This document shows, one piece after another, positions 1 to 13,051 of a stretch of 64,000 nucleotides of DNA. The notes beneath the pieces are model-generated. The model made no database searches and had not been told where the DNA came from. It saw nothing but the letters and a program-made list of their open reading frames with translations. The position numbers and the translations under genes are program-made. The stretch is from Podarcis liolepis (taxonomy: Eukaryota): assembly GCA_965112155.1 (NCBI GenBank), contig OZ218098.1, one strand, 5' to 3'. Numbering within the stretch: position 1 is the first letter of the stretch; every line of letters starts with the position of its first letter.

Positions 1-196
1 TGTATCCCTCTGCAGCGACACTGCCCTGTTCTTCTGCAGTAGTAAAGCCCTCAGGAACAATCTGTTTCCCCTGAAGCAGGTGTGCAAGGCAAGGGCAGCC
101 TGCTTCCTAGGGTGAAGGCTGCAACAGAATCTGTGAGGTGCATTTTGAATCAGAACCAGAACAAGAAATCTGCAAGTGGGGCCAGATTTCCAAATG

Positions 197-440
197 CAGT
201 GGTATCTGGGGTTAGAGACGCTTCAGGTTACAGACACTTCAGGTTACAGACTCCACTAACCTGAAGAAATAGTACCTCAAGTTAAGAACTTTGCTTCATG
301 ATGAGAACAGAAATTGTGCGGTGGCAGCACGGTGGCAGCAGGAGGCCCCATTAGCTAAGGTGGTACCTCAGGTTAAGAACAGTTTCAGGTTAAGAACGGA
401 CCTGCAGAACGAATTAAGTTCTTAACCCGAGGTACCACTG
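197..440. mobile_element. Tc1/mariner (Tigger-like) MITE
   Basis: Termini CAGTGGTATCTGGGGTTA / TAACCCGAGGTACCACTG are imperfect inverted repeats; TA follows the right end; internal repeats of (C)AGGTTA(A/C); same TIR family at 25148, 28524, 29023 and 45284. Confidence 0.85.
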
Positions 441-621
441 TACACACAAGCACACACCCCAGCGAGAAACCAGCTGCATCAATTGTCTGGGTTGGTTTTC
501 GTTTTGTTTTGTTTTTGTGTGTTTTTCACAGCCACCTCTTGTAGGCATTTTCTTCACACACAAGAAAGCTTTTTGTGTGTTAATTCTGAAGATATAACTA
601 CATGGCTGTAGCTAACCATGC

Positions 622-930
622 ACTTCTTAGTGCAGTGCATAGTTAAACGATGGAAGTTGCTCCCGCAAGAGGCAGTGATGGCCGCCAACTCAGATGGCTT
701 TAGAAGAGGATGGGATAAATTCATGAAGGAGAAGGCTATCAAAGGCCAGTAGCCATCATAGCTAGGTTCTGCCGCCACAGTTGGATGCAGTAATGCTTCT
801 GAAGACCAATTGCTGGAAACCGCAGGAGGACAGAGTGTTCTTGGGCTTGCATCCTGCCTGCACATTTCCCAGAGACATCTGGTTGGCCAGTGTGAGAGCA
901 GGATGCTAGACTAGATGGGCCAATGGCCTG
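622..930 (+). mobile_element. CR1 LINE 3' end (decayed)
   Basis: GAGGCAGTGATGGCC...GATAAATTCATGAAGGAGAAGGCTATC...GGCCAGTGTGAGAGCAGGATGCTAGACTAGATGGGCC resembles the squamate CR1 3' terminus; a reverse-strand relative lies at 58560. Confidence 0.7.
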
Positions 931-2463
931 GTTATGTTGTTAACCCACTTCTAAATTCTGGCAAAAGGTTAAAGGAAGTCCTGTTTGGGAGTTGCCTGGC
1001 ATCTTTCCATGCCCATTCTTCTTCCCACCTCACTTCCAAGGCACGATGCCTCGTGGCTCCAAAGCACATCTGCATCTTCTCTCCAACCCTCTCCACACAC
1101 ACAAACACACTCATTTCACACCCCTCTTTTCATTTCTCACACAAACATGCCTGATATCTTGCTGCTCTTGCAGAAAGACACAGTGGGTGAGCGAGTTTCT
1201 GTGGTGGCACGGTAGCCACCAAATAACCACCTCCCTGTGGTCAATTCATAGGTTGGTTTCGTAAGATATGAAAAATCTGCAGTTGCATCATTCTCGAGTC
1301 ATTAGGTGGGGGTGAATGCACTGGTAGAGGAAGGAACAGCATGATGGGGGGGGGGGGATTCCCCATATGACTGAAGCTTCCATATATTACCTAAGAAGAA
1401 TGTGGGGCATTTTGCTTATGTACTTATGATCTGGCTTTTTTAAAGTGCTTTTCTGCACTGCTCCCCTTTAATTATTATGCATTATTTTTTATTGATGCTT
1501 TTAGGAATTTGGGCATGTTGCACAATTGAAAAGCGGTATGAAACAGATAGATGGGCTTTGGAGGGCGAGAAGTGAATATCTTGTGCTCTGGTAGAAGGCA
1601 ACATCCCTGGGTGCAAAGACTTCTCTCTCATCAAACCCTTGTGTATTTAGCACAAAGGTCTGAAGAGGGTTTCTAAGTGAAATGGCACTATAACTGGGAA
1701 CGCTGATTGGACATGTTAAGGTTGAAAGAGAAACCTGCATGCCCCATAGGTGGGGGTTGTGTGCATGCACCTGCCCCATCTACAGATAAATTGAAGTGTG
1801 TTTTTGGGTGAAGTACGGCTGATGAATGGTGTTCAATGTTGCTATCAGGGCAGTGGTTGGTGGGGATGTGGTTATGTAAGAGCAGGTAGCATTCAGTACT
1901 TTGGTTCAGGAATTCCTCCACACAAACACAAAAAAACTAGCCTGCTGGGTCATCAAGTCAAGGGCCCATCAACTCTATCATCCTGTTTTCACAGTGGTTA
2001 ACCAGATGACTCCAAGGCAAACCCTTAAGAAGGACAAGAGTATTCTCTCCCCTCTCCCTTGGTTTCCAGAAGCTGGTATTGAGAAACATTACTTCCTCTG
2101 ACTGTGGAGACACAGTCATTGATAAGCTTTATCTTCCTTCCAAATATCTTCAATGTCCTTCCACTGGTGAGATCCCCTGTAAATATATGGAATACTTCCT
2201 TGTTTGGTGTTTTGAGTTTCTTCCATTGCCAGTGACAAAAAAGGAAATGGAAACCACTCAAACCCAATAGCTAAGCTATGACAGAAAAGCGAAGCAAGGT
2301 AGGCGAGACGGTAGAGGAGGCTACGTCTTGGAGCTCTGGGAGATGTTTCATTTGCCTCAAGCTTACTTCTTACAATTCTCATCTGTCTGCTCACAAGGCT
2401 GCTTACCACAGGTATGTGACAGTAAATGAGCCAAAGAGCACTTCGTCTCTTAGAACAACAACC

Positions 2464-2481
2464 AGCACCACCTACTGGCGA
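2464..2481 (-). promoter_or_regulatory. Candidate CTCF binding site
   Basis: Minus strand reads TCGCCAGTAGGTGGTGCT, matching the CTCF core CCASYAGRKGGCRS at all but one position; lies in non-repeat sequence. Confidence 0.5.
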
Positions 2482-2567
2482 CCGCTTGCAGCCAGGGCTG
2501 TATGAATTCTGCACTTGTTCGAGAACAGAAAAGAGCAGAAATGTGGCACAGAATTCAGCTTCCCAAG

Positions 2568-2745
2568 GGAGGAAGGGCCTTAGCCCAGTGGCGCAGCACA
2601 TAAATGCAGAAGATCCCAGGTTCACTCCTTGATATGTAGGGTCAGGTAGCAAGTGATGGGAAGAATCTCTGGTGGCCATCCTGGGAGCCACCAGAGCAGA
2701 CAATTCGAGGTGTACTTACACTCTGACTGGTATAATGCAGTTTCT
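2568..2745 (+). mobile_element. tRNA-derived SINE (Squam2-like), decayed
   Basis: A/B-box-like head GGGCCTTAGCCCAGTGG...GCAGAAGATCCCAGGTTCA; same family as 17460, 35925, 47680 and 55878. Confidence 0.55.
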
Positions 2746-5334
2746 GGCATTATACCAAAACCCACAAAGCCAGCAATCATAAAAGACTGAATGAAACCAG
2801 GATAAATACACTATACCAGCACCCCACCTCTTCCTTTTCCCTCTTGCAACTTTCTGTTCATTTGGTCTCTCCCATTAGACCGAATCTGCTCCACTGCTCT
2901 GAGGAAGAAAGCAATACTAATTGTTAGCTACTGTTACTGGGATTGCACCATGTGCCTGACCTCCAGCTGACTGACTCATGGCAAGATAAAGAGGTGGGAC
3001 GGGGCACAGTGATGGCGAGGTTGGCGCACTGCTGGTGGAGCCAGTCTGGCACGCCTGCTGGTGTATTTGCACCAGTGCCTTGAATCTCCCCCTCCCCTTT
3101 CTGACACAGTGCAGCAACTCAACTGGGCGGAGGTCCGGTGAACATCATAGCCCCACGACACCGTCAGCAAAATATGTACATTGGAATGGGCTGGGTCGAT
3201 GTTGTTTCAGTGCTAGCAAGACTGACACGATATGGCATTGGCTGCTCAGCTTAGCCTTAGCAACAGCAAGGAGAGAGTGTAGCGACAAGGCCATGGATCT
3301 CTGGGTGTTGGCAGCCAGCCCCACCCTGGTGCTGATGCTACAGTGATAACAGAACAGCCATGGTGTATTGACTTCCAGGAAATGCTCCTTCCCACTCCAC
3401 AATGGTGCACATTACCAGCAACGATAACAGCTCCTCCTTCCAGATTTACCTCGTAATCACAGAATTATCAGTTGCCCTCAGATGCCCATGATATATACAT
3501 TTGTATATACACTGCATTTTTGTCGCCTCTCCTTACAAATCAGCGGGTTCTGTGTTTTCAGTTAAGCCCTTGTTTCTCTGTCCAGGACTTTGTAAAACAG
3601 GCACAGGCATTCAGCCCAGTGTTTGTGCAGGAGGGTCGATTTTTAATCCGCGTATACAGGTAAGGAAGCTTCTCAGCAACAGGCCACCTAGGGATGTTGT
3701 GGGAGCTACTTTCCGAGAGATTATTTTCAAGAAATACGCAGAACGAATTCACTGGGGATGCTAAAAGATACTGGGTAAGTAGCTTTATGGCAGAGGGTTG
3801 AATTGATGACTTGTTAGCTCCCTTCGCCTGCCTCTGTTCTCTTTGTCTGCCTCTATTCTCTTTGTCTCTCCACCCCCTCTGTGTGCAGACCAAGGAGCTC
3901 TTGTGGCAGGAAGGGGGTTTATGGCCATGCTTCCTAAAATCGTAAAATAACAGGGCCCACATTCAAAGTCCCTGTGTGATCAATGAAATCTTTCCCAGAT
4001 GTGCCCAGGCGACATGCGCTTTCAATATATGTCCAGGTAGGTTGGAAACACAATGCACCCACTGCTCACATCATAAGCTTTGTAACCAATCCCTGTGACG
4101 CCAGCGGGCATGCATAAACTCCCAGTATGTGCAGAATAGGAACAGAATCGCTTGGGGAATATCAGAGGCAGAAACCCCACCAAGCAACTGCGTCGTCTGC
4201 CCACCGCCTGTAATATGCAGAAAACAACTCTCAATCAATAGTATATAACACTATCTTTTTTAAGATATTGGACCCTTGGAGAGCAGATTTATATGGACAA
4301 ATATGAATCCCAGTCCACAACATAGACTAAGTTAGGTATCAGGGGGCAACTGCGGGATGTGATAGTACACAGCCTTCCGTACTGGGTCCTATTATTCATG
4401 CGCGCCTTCGAGAATTATTGGACTAGTACATATTGATTTTATTTTTATTTTTACTTAGGAACTTTTTTCTTTTTTCTTTTGCAGTCAGCAGGACACTCTG
4501 AGAAAAATTCCAAAGTATCAGTAAAAAAAGCAAAGCCTAGCCTAGCTTTTTCATGAGACTGTAAGTTTGTTTAAAGCTTTGTGTTGGGGGGAGGTGGTGA
4601 GTGCCCTTATTCAGCTAGTGTCGAAACAGCGAATGACACAGTGAGCAAATGTAGGTAATGGTCTCCCGACCCACAAGTTCATTTCAAATGCTGGAATAGG
4701 GCTCATTTTTTCAAATATTGTGCATGTTTGTGGGTGCAGGGAAGGGGGAGGGGGAAGAGAGAGAATACAAATTCTGGTGTGATTATGGGACATTCAGAAC
4801 AAACAACAAATATTAAAACCTATTCTGTCCAAGCAGGTAAATCAAAGCTACCTAATGATGCAAAACCTGGAAGTGGTTGCTGATGATGCCAAATCAGGGG
4901 TGAGAAACCTGTCAGGAGCTCGTCCTACACTCGAGTAGGACCCTGGTAGTGACACATGCCCGACTGGCATGTTCTCTCCCTCCTGGTCATTCGTTTGGGA
5001 GCTTCACAAGCTTCCTTCTGCCCGAACATCACAGCGACTGATGCCAACAGACACCGGCACACTTAGGGATCTGCAGAGCCTTCGCAGTTTGCGTAACAGA
5101 CCTCAACAACTCAGCATTTTGGCTAATCTACTTTATTTGCATATAAACACACACAGAGCACTGCAAGATGGCTCCCTCTTTCTCTAGCATCAAACAGCAA
5201 AGAGAAAAAGAACAAAGGACAATAGTCCCACTACACAGAACACAGTAACACAAACATCCTATCTCTGTCACTTCCCACTCTGTGGAGTCAGAACATATAC
5301 CATCATGTGATAGACAACAATCCCATGACTGCAA

Positions 5335-5483
5335 CCATGGAGCAGGAATTCTAACAAAACCTGCCGTCCTCCCAGTGTTGTTGGACTGTTAATTCCCATC
5401 ATCCCTGACCACTGGCCATCAGGCTGTGGCTGATGAGAGTTGGAGTCCGATAACACCTGTAGGGCCATAGGTCCCCACACCTG
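5335..5483. mobile_element. hAT (Charlie/URR1-like) palindromic MITE
   Basis: Hallmark GGACT..AATTCCCATCATCCCTGACCACTGG...GATGAGAGTTGGAGTCC internal inverted repeat, shared with the 35979 copy. Confidence 0.7.
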
Positions 5484-8058
5484 CACTAAATCATAGGGTG
5501 ATATGAATGGGAAGAAACACACTGCAGTGAGACTCAAGCTTGCACACTCCTTACTCCTGTCTCTTCCTCCTGCACAGTTGGGAGGAGTTTGGAAGCTTTG
5601 GCATCTGATTAACCACAGTGTGCTGAGCAGTCTGAACCCAGAATTGTGGATAATCTTAAACAAGGGGCACTTTAGACAAGCCAGCTTTGTAAACCACTGT
5701 TTGAAGTTGTCTGGTTGGCCAAATGAAGCTGATCACAGTTTGTCCATACAACACAACAAACCATGGTTGAGTAAAAGTGGAAGCAGCTGTTCAGGAGTTG
5801 GAGGAGAAGGGAGCGTGTGAATCCAAATTTTGCTGCTGTTCATTCCTGCTTACTCATGCTGTGCCAATCCAGATAACACAATGTGTGAATGCTGTCCATG
5901 TTTCTTTCCCTAAGATATTTCCGATTTTCCATCTATTTCTGGCACCACACACACTGTACACTTATCTGCAAAATCTGATGCAAGGCCTGAATTGCTGGAT
6001 GGGGGTATTGTTTTGGGGTGTTCTGTTTGGGAAGATTATTGCTCTTATTATTATTATTTTGATTTCTGTGGAAATTGTTTGATTTGGTTGAGTATGTTTC
6101 ATGTTTTATTTATTGTTTATTACTACTTTTGTTGTGATTATGTATTTATTTTTTTCTTCATGTTGTATGGTGCCTTGAGCATGGTTTGAACTATGGAAAG
6201 GCGGCAATCAAATAAACTTATGCATACATGTATGCATAATTATCTGCAGTATTGTTGTGCGCAGTTGGCTGAATTGTACATCATGTTCCCTATCTGAATG
6301 CCCACCAGGCGTATCTCACAGCAGTACCATGCAGATCTGAATGCTAGTTGTACACCACATTCATATAATGCCCACCCTGCAAAACCCATCATCTGTATTT
6401 CATTGCAGTGCACATCCAATTACCTGCTTTTCTTCCTACAGAGCCAAAGATAATTTTCTACCTCTTTGCACCACACATCCTTACCAAAGTAATGGGCCAT
6501 TTGTGCATCAGAAGTGGGAAAGTATATCACATAATATTACACCACCCTACAGCTAGCCACTTTAGGTGGAATTATATAGGTGTGGAATTTGGCATATCTT
6601 CAAAGGAACCAGAGTCCCACAAGTGTGGGGCAACCACTGAAGCTGTTATGTTTTACACACCCTCAATATTGCAACACATTTCACAGACAACATTGTTATG
6701 AAGGCACCCTAATTTGATCTCAAAGATAACCATGAAACACAAAGCCAGAGACATCCCCTTAGGTATTCCAGACCCAGTTAGATATAGGTCCACTCCCAGT
6801 GCCAACAAAATACTTTCCACCACCTTGTTATTTGCATCGTGGGTTTAGGGTGAGAAAACAATGGGTTGGGTGGAGAATAGAGTTTGCACAGTCTAACAAA
6901 TCCACTTAAAGTTCTTAATAATCCCGAATGATTTACACTGAAACATTATTCACATAGGCCAACTCTGCTGATAAGATATATTTAATAGCAGTCATCTCAC
7001 TGAAACCACTAATCAGTAGAACAGTACAAACCATGATCAACAGTAGCTATATTAGAACCCAAGAGCTATACTTAGAACCCAAATCAATAAGATAAAATAG
7101 CATCAATGCATTTTAAAAGTTTCAGCAAATAAAAAAGGCCCTTACCTGGCACTGAAAAGATCAGCAGCAGTACTGGGAGAGCTTGTCTACTGATGGAATT
7201 CCAGAGAAGGGGTGCCACCACTGGAAAGGCCCTGAGCTACCAACGAGAAATAAGAGGCCTGCTTCCAGGCACAGTGGTTTGCCACCGTGAGAAGAGGACG
7301 CTAGACTAGAAGGGCTTTTCGCCTGATCCAGCAAGGCTCTTATGCACACATGCAAAAAAATCCTCAGAATTATTTCATATTATTCACTTGTGTTCATGTG
7401 AGTGTAATGTAATTCTAGCTTGTCAATCCTCCACACTCAAATGATAATGTAAGAAAAGCTCTTTTGAAGGCCCATCTCTGTTCAGTATCCTGCTTTCTGC
7501 AGGGACCAGCTAGATGCCTCCAGGAAGCCCACCAGCATGGCTTGAAGGCAGCAGGGTTCTCCTGCTGTGGTGGATATTCAAAGACATTCTGCCTCTGGAC
7601 TTGGAGGGTTCATAAATCCATCATGGCAAGCGTCCATGGACTGATCGCTCCTCCCCAACGAATTTGTCGAATCCCCTTTTAAAGCCATCCAAATGATGCC
7701 ATCAAAGGGGTGGAAGGACCAACTCCCTGCCCTATGGCTGGTTCCTCAATGCATCAGCCCTGACCTGCTAAAACCATCGCGTCTCCGCGTGGGCTGGCAC
7801 CATAACAAAGAGGCCAGCAAAACAGATCACTTCACCAGGTGATTCAAGCACATTGGCAGATCAATGTTAGCCTGAGGCTCAGCGCCTGAACCCTGGAGTG
7901 CCAAGTATTCAGAGGGATTTGTGGGTGGGGGAATCCTAAACTGTGCTTTCCTTCCCTGAGAGAAAGCCTTTGGGAAAGTGGGGCAATGTTCCTTAAATGC
8001 AGGTGTTGGAAACAGGCACTCCTTAAGATGATCAGGAAGAAATTCCTTCCTTATTGGT

Positions 8059-8215
8059 NNNNNNNNNNNNNNNNNNNNNNNNNNNNNNNNNNNNNNNNNN
8101 NNNNNNNNNNNNNNNNNNNNNNNNNNNNNNNNNNNNNNNNNNNNNNNNNNNNNNNNNNNNNNNNNNNNNNNNNNNNNNNNNNNNNNNNNNNNNNNNNNNN
8201 NNNNNNNNNNNNNNN
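8059..8215. other. Assembly gap (157 N)
   Basis: Run of N characters. Confidence 1.
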
Positions 8216-11186
8216 TTGGCATTGTATCTTATGAAATGAAGGTATTAATCAAAATCAGATAAACAAAGCAAGGAGGAGAGAGGAGGAGTAGGCAGAGGAG
8301 GCGGAGGAGGCAAAGAGCCTCAACCCTACCCTTCTGCCTCAGTAATTATTGTCAGCGGCTTCTGGTCTGTTCACCCCTGTGCCAAGTTAGTAATGTATCC
8401 CCGTTTGGCCGATTCCAGATCTCCAGCAACACCTGTGGGAAAGGCTTTAATTAATCCTCTGTTACTGTTGTAATTGCACTATCCTAAGGGGAAAGTCCTA
8501 CTAGCCAGGAATATTATTTTAAACATATACTGTAAACAACATTTGTCCTCGGGAGGGTTCTGTTAATACTATGGCTTTGACCCTTTCATTGCTGCGTGCT
8601 TAAAGGAGCTCGGTTTTCTAAATTACTGATAAAACAAAAACAAAAAGAGGATCTCCCCCTTATCAATGGAAACATCTCTCAGCTGCCTCCATGTGAGTGG
8701 GTGGAACATCAGAACCAGCCCACTGAGCCCAGATGTATCCATGTTTATTTGGAACAAACCCCCCACTGATTCCAAAGCCATAGGGGTGAGGAACTGGATC
8801 CTGAGTGCTGGCCAGATCCTTATCTCATTCGCACACATACTGTGGCCAACTTTGACAGGTGGGAGGGGCTGCTCACCTGTCGGTTGCCTGCTGTCGTGAT
8901 GACATCCAGGGAGGGTGACATTAGGTGACCCTACTTTGTGCCAGCAATCAGCTGATTGTTGGCCCTTGCAATGTGTTCTTTGCTTTTCAACCACAATGAT
9001 CAGCTGATCATCAGTTCTTGCAAGCCTGGTGCCTGCCAACATCTGGCATGGTGAGCTTGGCTTGACCAAAGCAGCTGGGTGGGCTGAATGGGGGAGCCTG
9101 GAGGTTCTCCACTGCTGCCACAGAGCATGTCAGTCATTAAGTCAGTGAGCATTGGACTGAAGCTTGAGCTGTCTTGTGCTCATGGGCAACGTGACATTAT
9201 TAAATGCCCACACACAAACGGGAAAGCCTGTGTGGATTCCAACCCTTTCCTTTCTTGTTGGACTGAGTTAAAAATAAGAGCATTGCTTCATTTATCTAAT
9301 CGGCTCACTGGATACTGAGAATCTCTAGAAGATTCAGATCCCACCACAGTAATCTAGATTCATGACTGAATAGGAGGAGCAGGGGGTTCATCCGAATGAA
9401 AGACAGTGAAATGGGAAAGGCTGAGAAAATTTGGGAGGGTGGGAAGAGTGATATCATTTTAATATGTCTGTGGTGGACCACAAGTTGTGTAATGCAAAAT
9501 TCAGCCAGAGGACCTGATATGCTTTAAATGTGCCTATTCCAAGTAAATTGCAAGCATCAACACGGACTATTCCATTCTTATTATCGTCAGTGCATTTATT
9601 TGCTTATATGTTCTCTGGATTCCAATATACTCTAGCTTACGCAGGCACACTTCTTTTCTTTTTTTTAAAGTGAATTGTGTTTGCAGGTAAACACAATGAA
9701 CCAGATCTACTTATCGGTCCACCTTGATTAAATTGTAGCTTGCAAATAAACTCTATAAATGTATATACACAGCATGACACCAACTCATTTTCTGCAATGA
9801 GAGGATTTGAGGTTTTTAGAGACTAGGCCTACGCTTTTTTACAAACTTAGAATGCTATCCAAAGATAGTCATACTTAGCACATTTGAGGAGCGTTTGCAG
9901 GGGGTATGGGGGAAAGAGAAAGGGAAGTCTTGCTACCCTAGCAAAACTTATTACACTTGCTTCTGCTCATGCAAAAAAGTTATGTGAATCTGGCCCTTTA
10001 CATTTTGGCACAGTTTATAAATAAGTTCAGGCCTGTCCTGAAGCAGCAACTCCTTTACTGTTCCCAAAATTTACCTCCCAGAAGCAGGAAAGTGCACGCA
10101 GAAAGGGAAAGGTTGTCCTTCAGGTCTTCTTTAGGCTCTTAAGCCTCGCCAGCAGGAACTTTTCTGTTCAAAAATCCCTGGGAGTTACTGGCATTTGTGT
10201 GGATTTGGAATACCTGTCAAGCTCCTGGGATCTTTATAATGGCAAGTTCTGTCAGGAGGGCTTTGGGGGTCTAACAGAGAAGCAGCCTTCTCTTTTGTCC
10301 ACCTTGTTGCTGCTGCTGGAACATAGTTTTGGCCTCATGGTATTCTCAATGACCTCATCTGTAGCACAACTGGTTACAAAATTTAAAATTTTGACCTGAT
10401 TGAAAAATGTGAACCTGGTTTGTGTGTGTGTGTGTTTGGTTTTTTGTGGGTTTTTTTAAGGAGAACATGTTTCAAACTTTTGTATCTGAAATCCGTAGGG
10501 TTGCTTTCTATCCAAAGAAACACTGAAAAATCTTTGGCTTTCAATCCGCTGTAAATGTACCCTGATTTTCTTGACTTGTTCAGGTGCAACTGATTTGTAA
10601 AAGGAAAGAGCTAGAAAACCATTGCTGAAACCAAAAAGTTGGGAGAAGATCAGGGCTTTGTTTCTCTTCTAGAAAAAGATATGAAGCTTTAAGAGAGGGA
10701 GGGGGTGAGGGAATGGCCAAATTGATCCCCTCTGTAGCTGCTGTTGCTCTGTCTGTGGTGAATTATCTCAAACTTCATAAGTGTAAGTAAAATGGGGATC
10801 CTTGAAGTCTGAGTCACTTTATTTCCACAGAATGTAACCATATTTCAATTTGCACTTGAATTAATGGGTGACTACAAAGCTTTGAAAGCCTTAAAGAGCA
10901 TGTCTCACCTATTATAACACATTTTATTAATCAGCATCTTGCATTAAGAGAGACCATCCAGCTAAGCATCGCTATCTTTACCAGAGGGAAAGGGTGCGGT
11001 GAGCGGTGGGGGAGAAGAAGGAACTTTGCATACAGTGATCACAGACCAAATTGGTTAAGGCAGACACATTTGGAAATTCGTCAGTGCAGCTTAGAAAATC
11101 TGCTTTCAGTTTGAACCATTTCTGATAGCTAAAATTAGGGGTAGATGTACTTTTCTTTATATGGAACAGTATATATATTTTTTTAA

Positions 11187-11550
11187 GGGATGCGGGTGGT
11201 GCTGTGGGTAAAACCTCAGTGCCTAGGACACGCTGATCGTAAGGTCGGCGGTTAAAATCCCCACGGCGGGGTGAGCTCCCGTCGTTCGGTCCCAGCTCCT
11301 GCCCACCTAGCAGTTCGAAAGCACCCCTAAGTGCAAGTAGATAAATAGGTACCGCTTTATAGCGGGAAGGTAAATGGTGTTTCCGTGTGCGGCGCTGGTG
11401 CTGGCTCGCCAGCCGCAGCTTCGTCACGCTGGCCACGTGACCCGGAAGTGTCTTCGGACAGCGCTGGCTCCCGGCCTCTTGAGCGAGATGAGCGCGCAAC
11501 CCTAGAGTTGGTCACGATTGGCCCGTATGAGCAGGGGTACCTTTACCTTT
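11187..11550 (+). mobile_element. Sauria SINE (subfamily A)
   Basis: GGGATGCGGGTGGTGCTGTGGG head, CCTAGCAGTTCGAAAGCA / GTGCAAGTAGATAAATAGGTACC core, (ACCTTT)n tail. Confidence 0.92.
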
Positions 11551-11704
11551 TAATTATTTTTAATCAAATATTTGTTTCCTCTGGTTTATTCCCCCCACCC
11601 CACCCAATGTCTAGCAACACCAGAGTAAAGAGATGGTGCAATATATCCCAGAATCAACATGTTACCATCCTGGTCATTTGGTCATCCTGATGAACCATCT
11701 ACAC

Positions 11705-11889
11705 CAGGGGTGGGGAACTGTTCACAGTCAGTGTTTTTGGTGCAAATGAGGAGCAGCCTTCTTCAAACTGGTTTCCTCCAGATGGCTTGGACTGTAACTC
11801 CCATCACCCCTTATAATTGGCCATGCTGAGTGCAGTTGGTGCAAGTTGTAGTCTAAGAATCTGGAGAGCACCAGATTGGGAAAGTCTGG
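11705..11889. mobile_element. hAT MITE (Charlie/URR1-like), decayed
   Basis: CAGGGGTGGGGAAC start and a GGACTGTAACTCCCATCA...AGTTGTAGTC internal palindrome. Confidence 0.55.
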
Positions 11890-12007
11890 CTAAGATATTT
11901 TCATCTTTCTATGTAACCAGAAGTGTAACTGGACTCGGTATACTAAACATTGGATCAAACTGGGCAAGTTTGGCCAGCATGGTGTGTTTTGGGCTACGAC
12001 TCTGTAT

Positions 12008-12212
12008 GATGACCTATGTCAGGAGAGAGTCAAGGTAAATGTGTCCTTGTTAATTCTCATTGACCTCTCAGGAGCTTTTGATATCATCAACCATCGTATC
12101 CTTCTGGAGTGGCTGTCCTAGGGGTGGGTGGTACCACTTGGTGGTGGTTCTGGTCCTACTTGGATTATCGTTTCCAGAGGGTGATGCTTGGGCAGTGCTT
12201 TTCAGCCCCATG
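12008..12212 (+). mobile_element. L2 LINE reverse-transcriptase fragment (pseudogenised)
   Basis: Translates to VSLLILIDLSGAFDIINHRILLEWL, matching the L2/CR1-group RT motif LLDLSAAFDTIDH. Confidence 0.8.
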
Positions 12213-12674
12213 AAGCTCCTTTACATCTGCAGGTGTGGCAGTGGACATCCTGGGCTGTTGTTTTATGGGACTGTTGCTTTTTGACCAATGTGCTGGCATG
12301 CCATACCAGAGGTGCCAGTGGGTATGGTGTGGCACAACACATGCACATGTGCACTTCTGTTTCCCCATAATAGCAGCAAGAAAGAACTGTAATCTGGTAT
12401 GCCACCTCAAGTTTCGCTGTTTTACTCCTGCAAATGTCTGGGTTAAGGGGGTTGCAAACAGATTTTCCCTATAATCAAAGAGCATGTAAATCAGCAGTAA
12501 ACATGCATTACATCCCATTACCTTTCTGGAAGTGTTTTTTTTACGCAATGCGAAAGCTCAAATATAAAGTGAAAATTAACTCTTGGGGAAATGGGATAAA
12601 CTGCCACGTTCAAACCCACTAAGGAGCAGCACAACCATGGGAGAGAGGTGCAGGATCTCATGCCAAGAATATTT

Positions 12675-13051
12675 CATACCCTCCAACATTTCTCCAATGA
12701 AAATTGAGATGTCCTGTTCAGCAGCAATAATAAAATTTATACCCTGTCCATCTGACTGGATTGTGCCAGCCACTCTGGGTGGCTTCCAACATATATAAAA
12801 ACATGATAAAACATTAAACATTAAAAAAAAACTTCCCTATGCATGGCTGCCTTCAGATGTCTTCTAAAGGTTGTATAGTTACTTATCTCCTTGGTTCCTG
12901 AATCACATAACTCCATACCCTCCAGAATTTCTCAGATGAAAATAGAAACGTCCAAATTAAAAGTGGGACATTTCAGGATTAAATCAGAAACTGGGATGGC
13001 TTCTGTAAATCCGGGACTGTTCCTGGAAAATAGGGATTCTTTAAGGGTCTC
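12675..13051. mobile_element. Composite hAT-type MITE carrying an antisense L2 3' end (copy 1)
   Basis: CATACCCTCCAACATTT terminus at 12675 and again at 12914; L2 tail on minus strand ~12726-12893; GGGAC-rich body ending AAGGGTCT; same architecture at 27062. Confidence 0.8.

Noticed and set aside
2116-2703. Longest ORF (195 aa, minus strand)
   Set aside because: Begins in an antisense SINE, has no recognisable domain and no convincing splice context.
7827-8239. ORFs with X runs
   Set aside because: Artefacts of the N gap.
10978-11499. 173-aa minus ORF, and similar ORFs at 17669 and 19902
   Set aside because: Antisense translations of Sauria SINEs.
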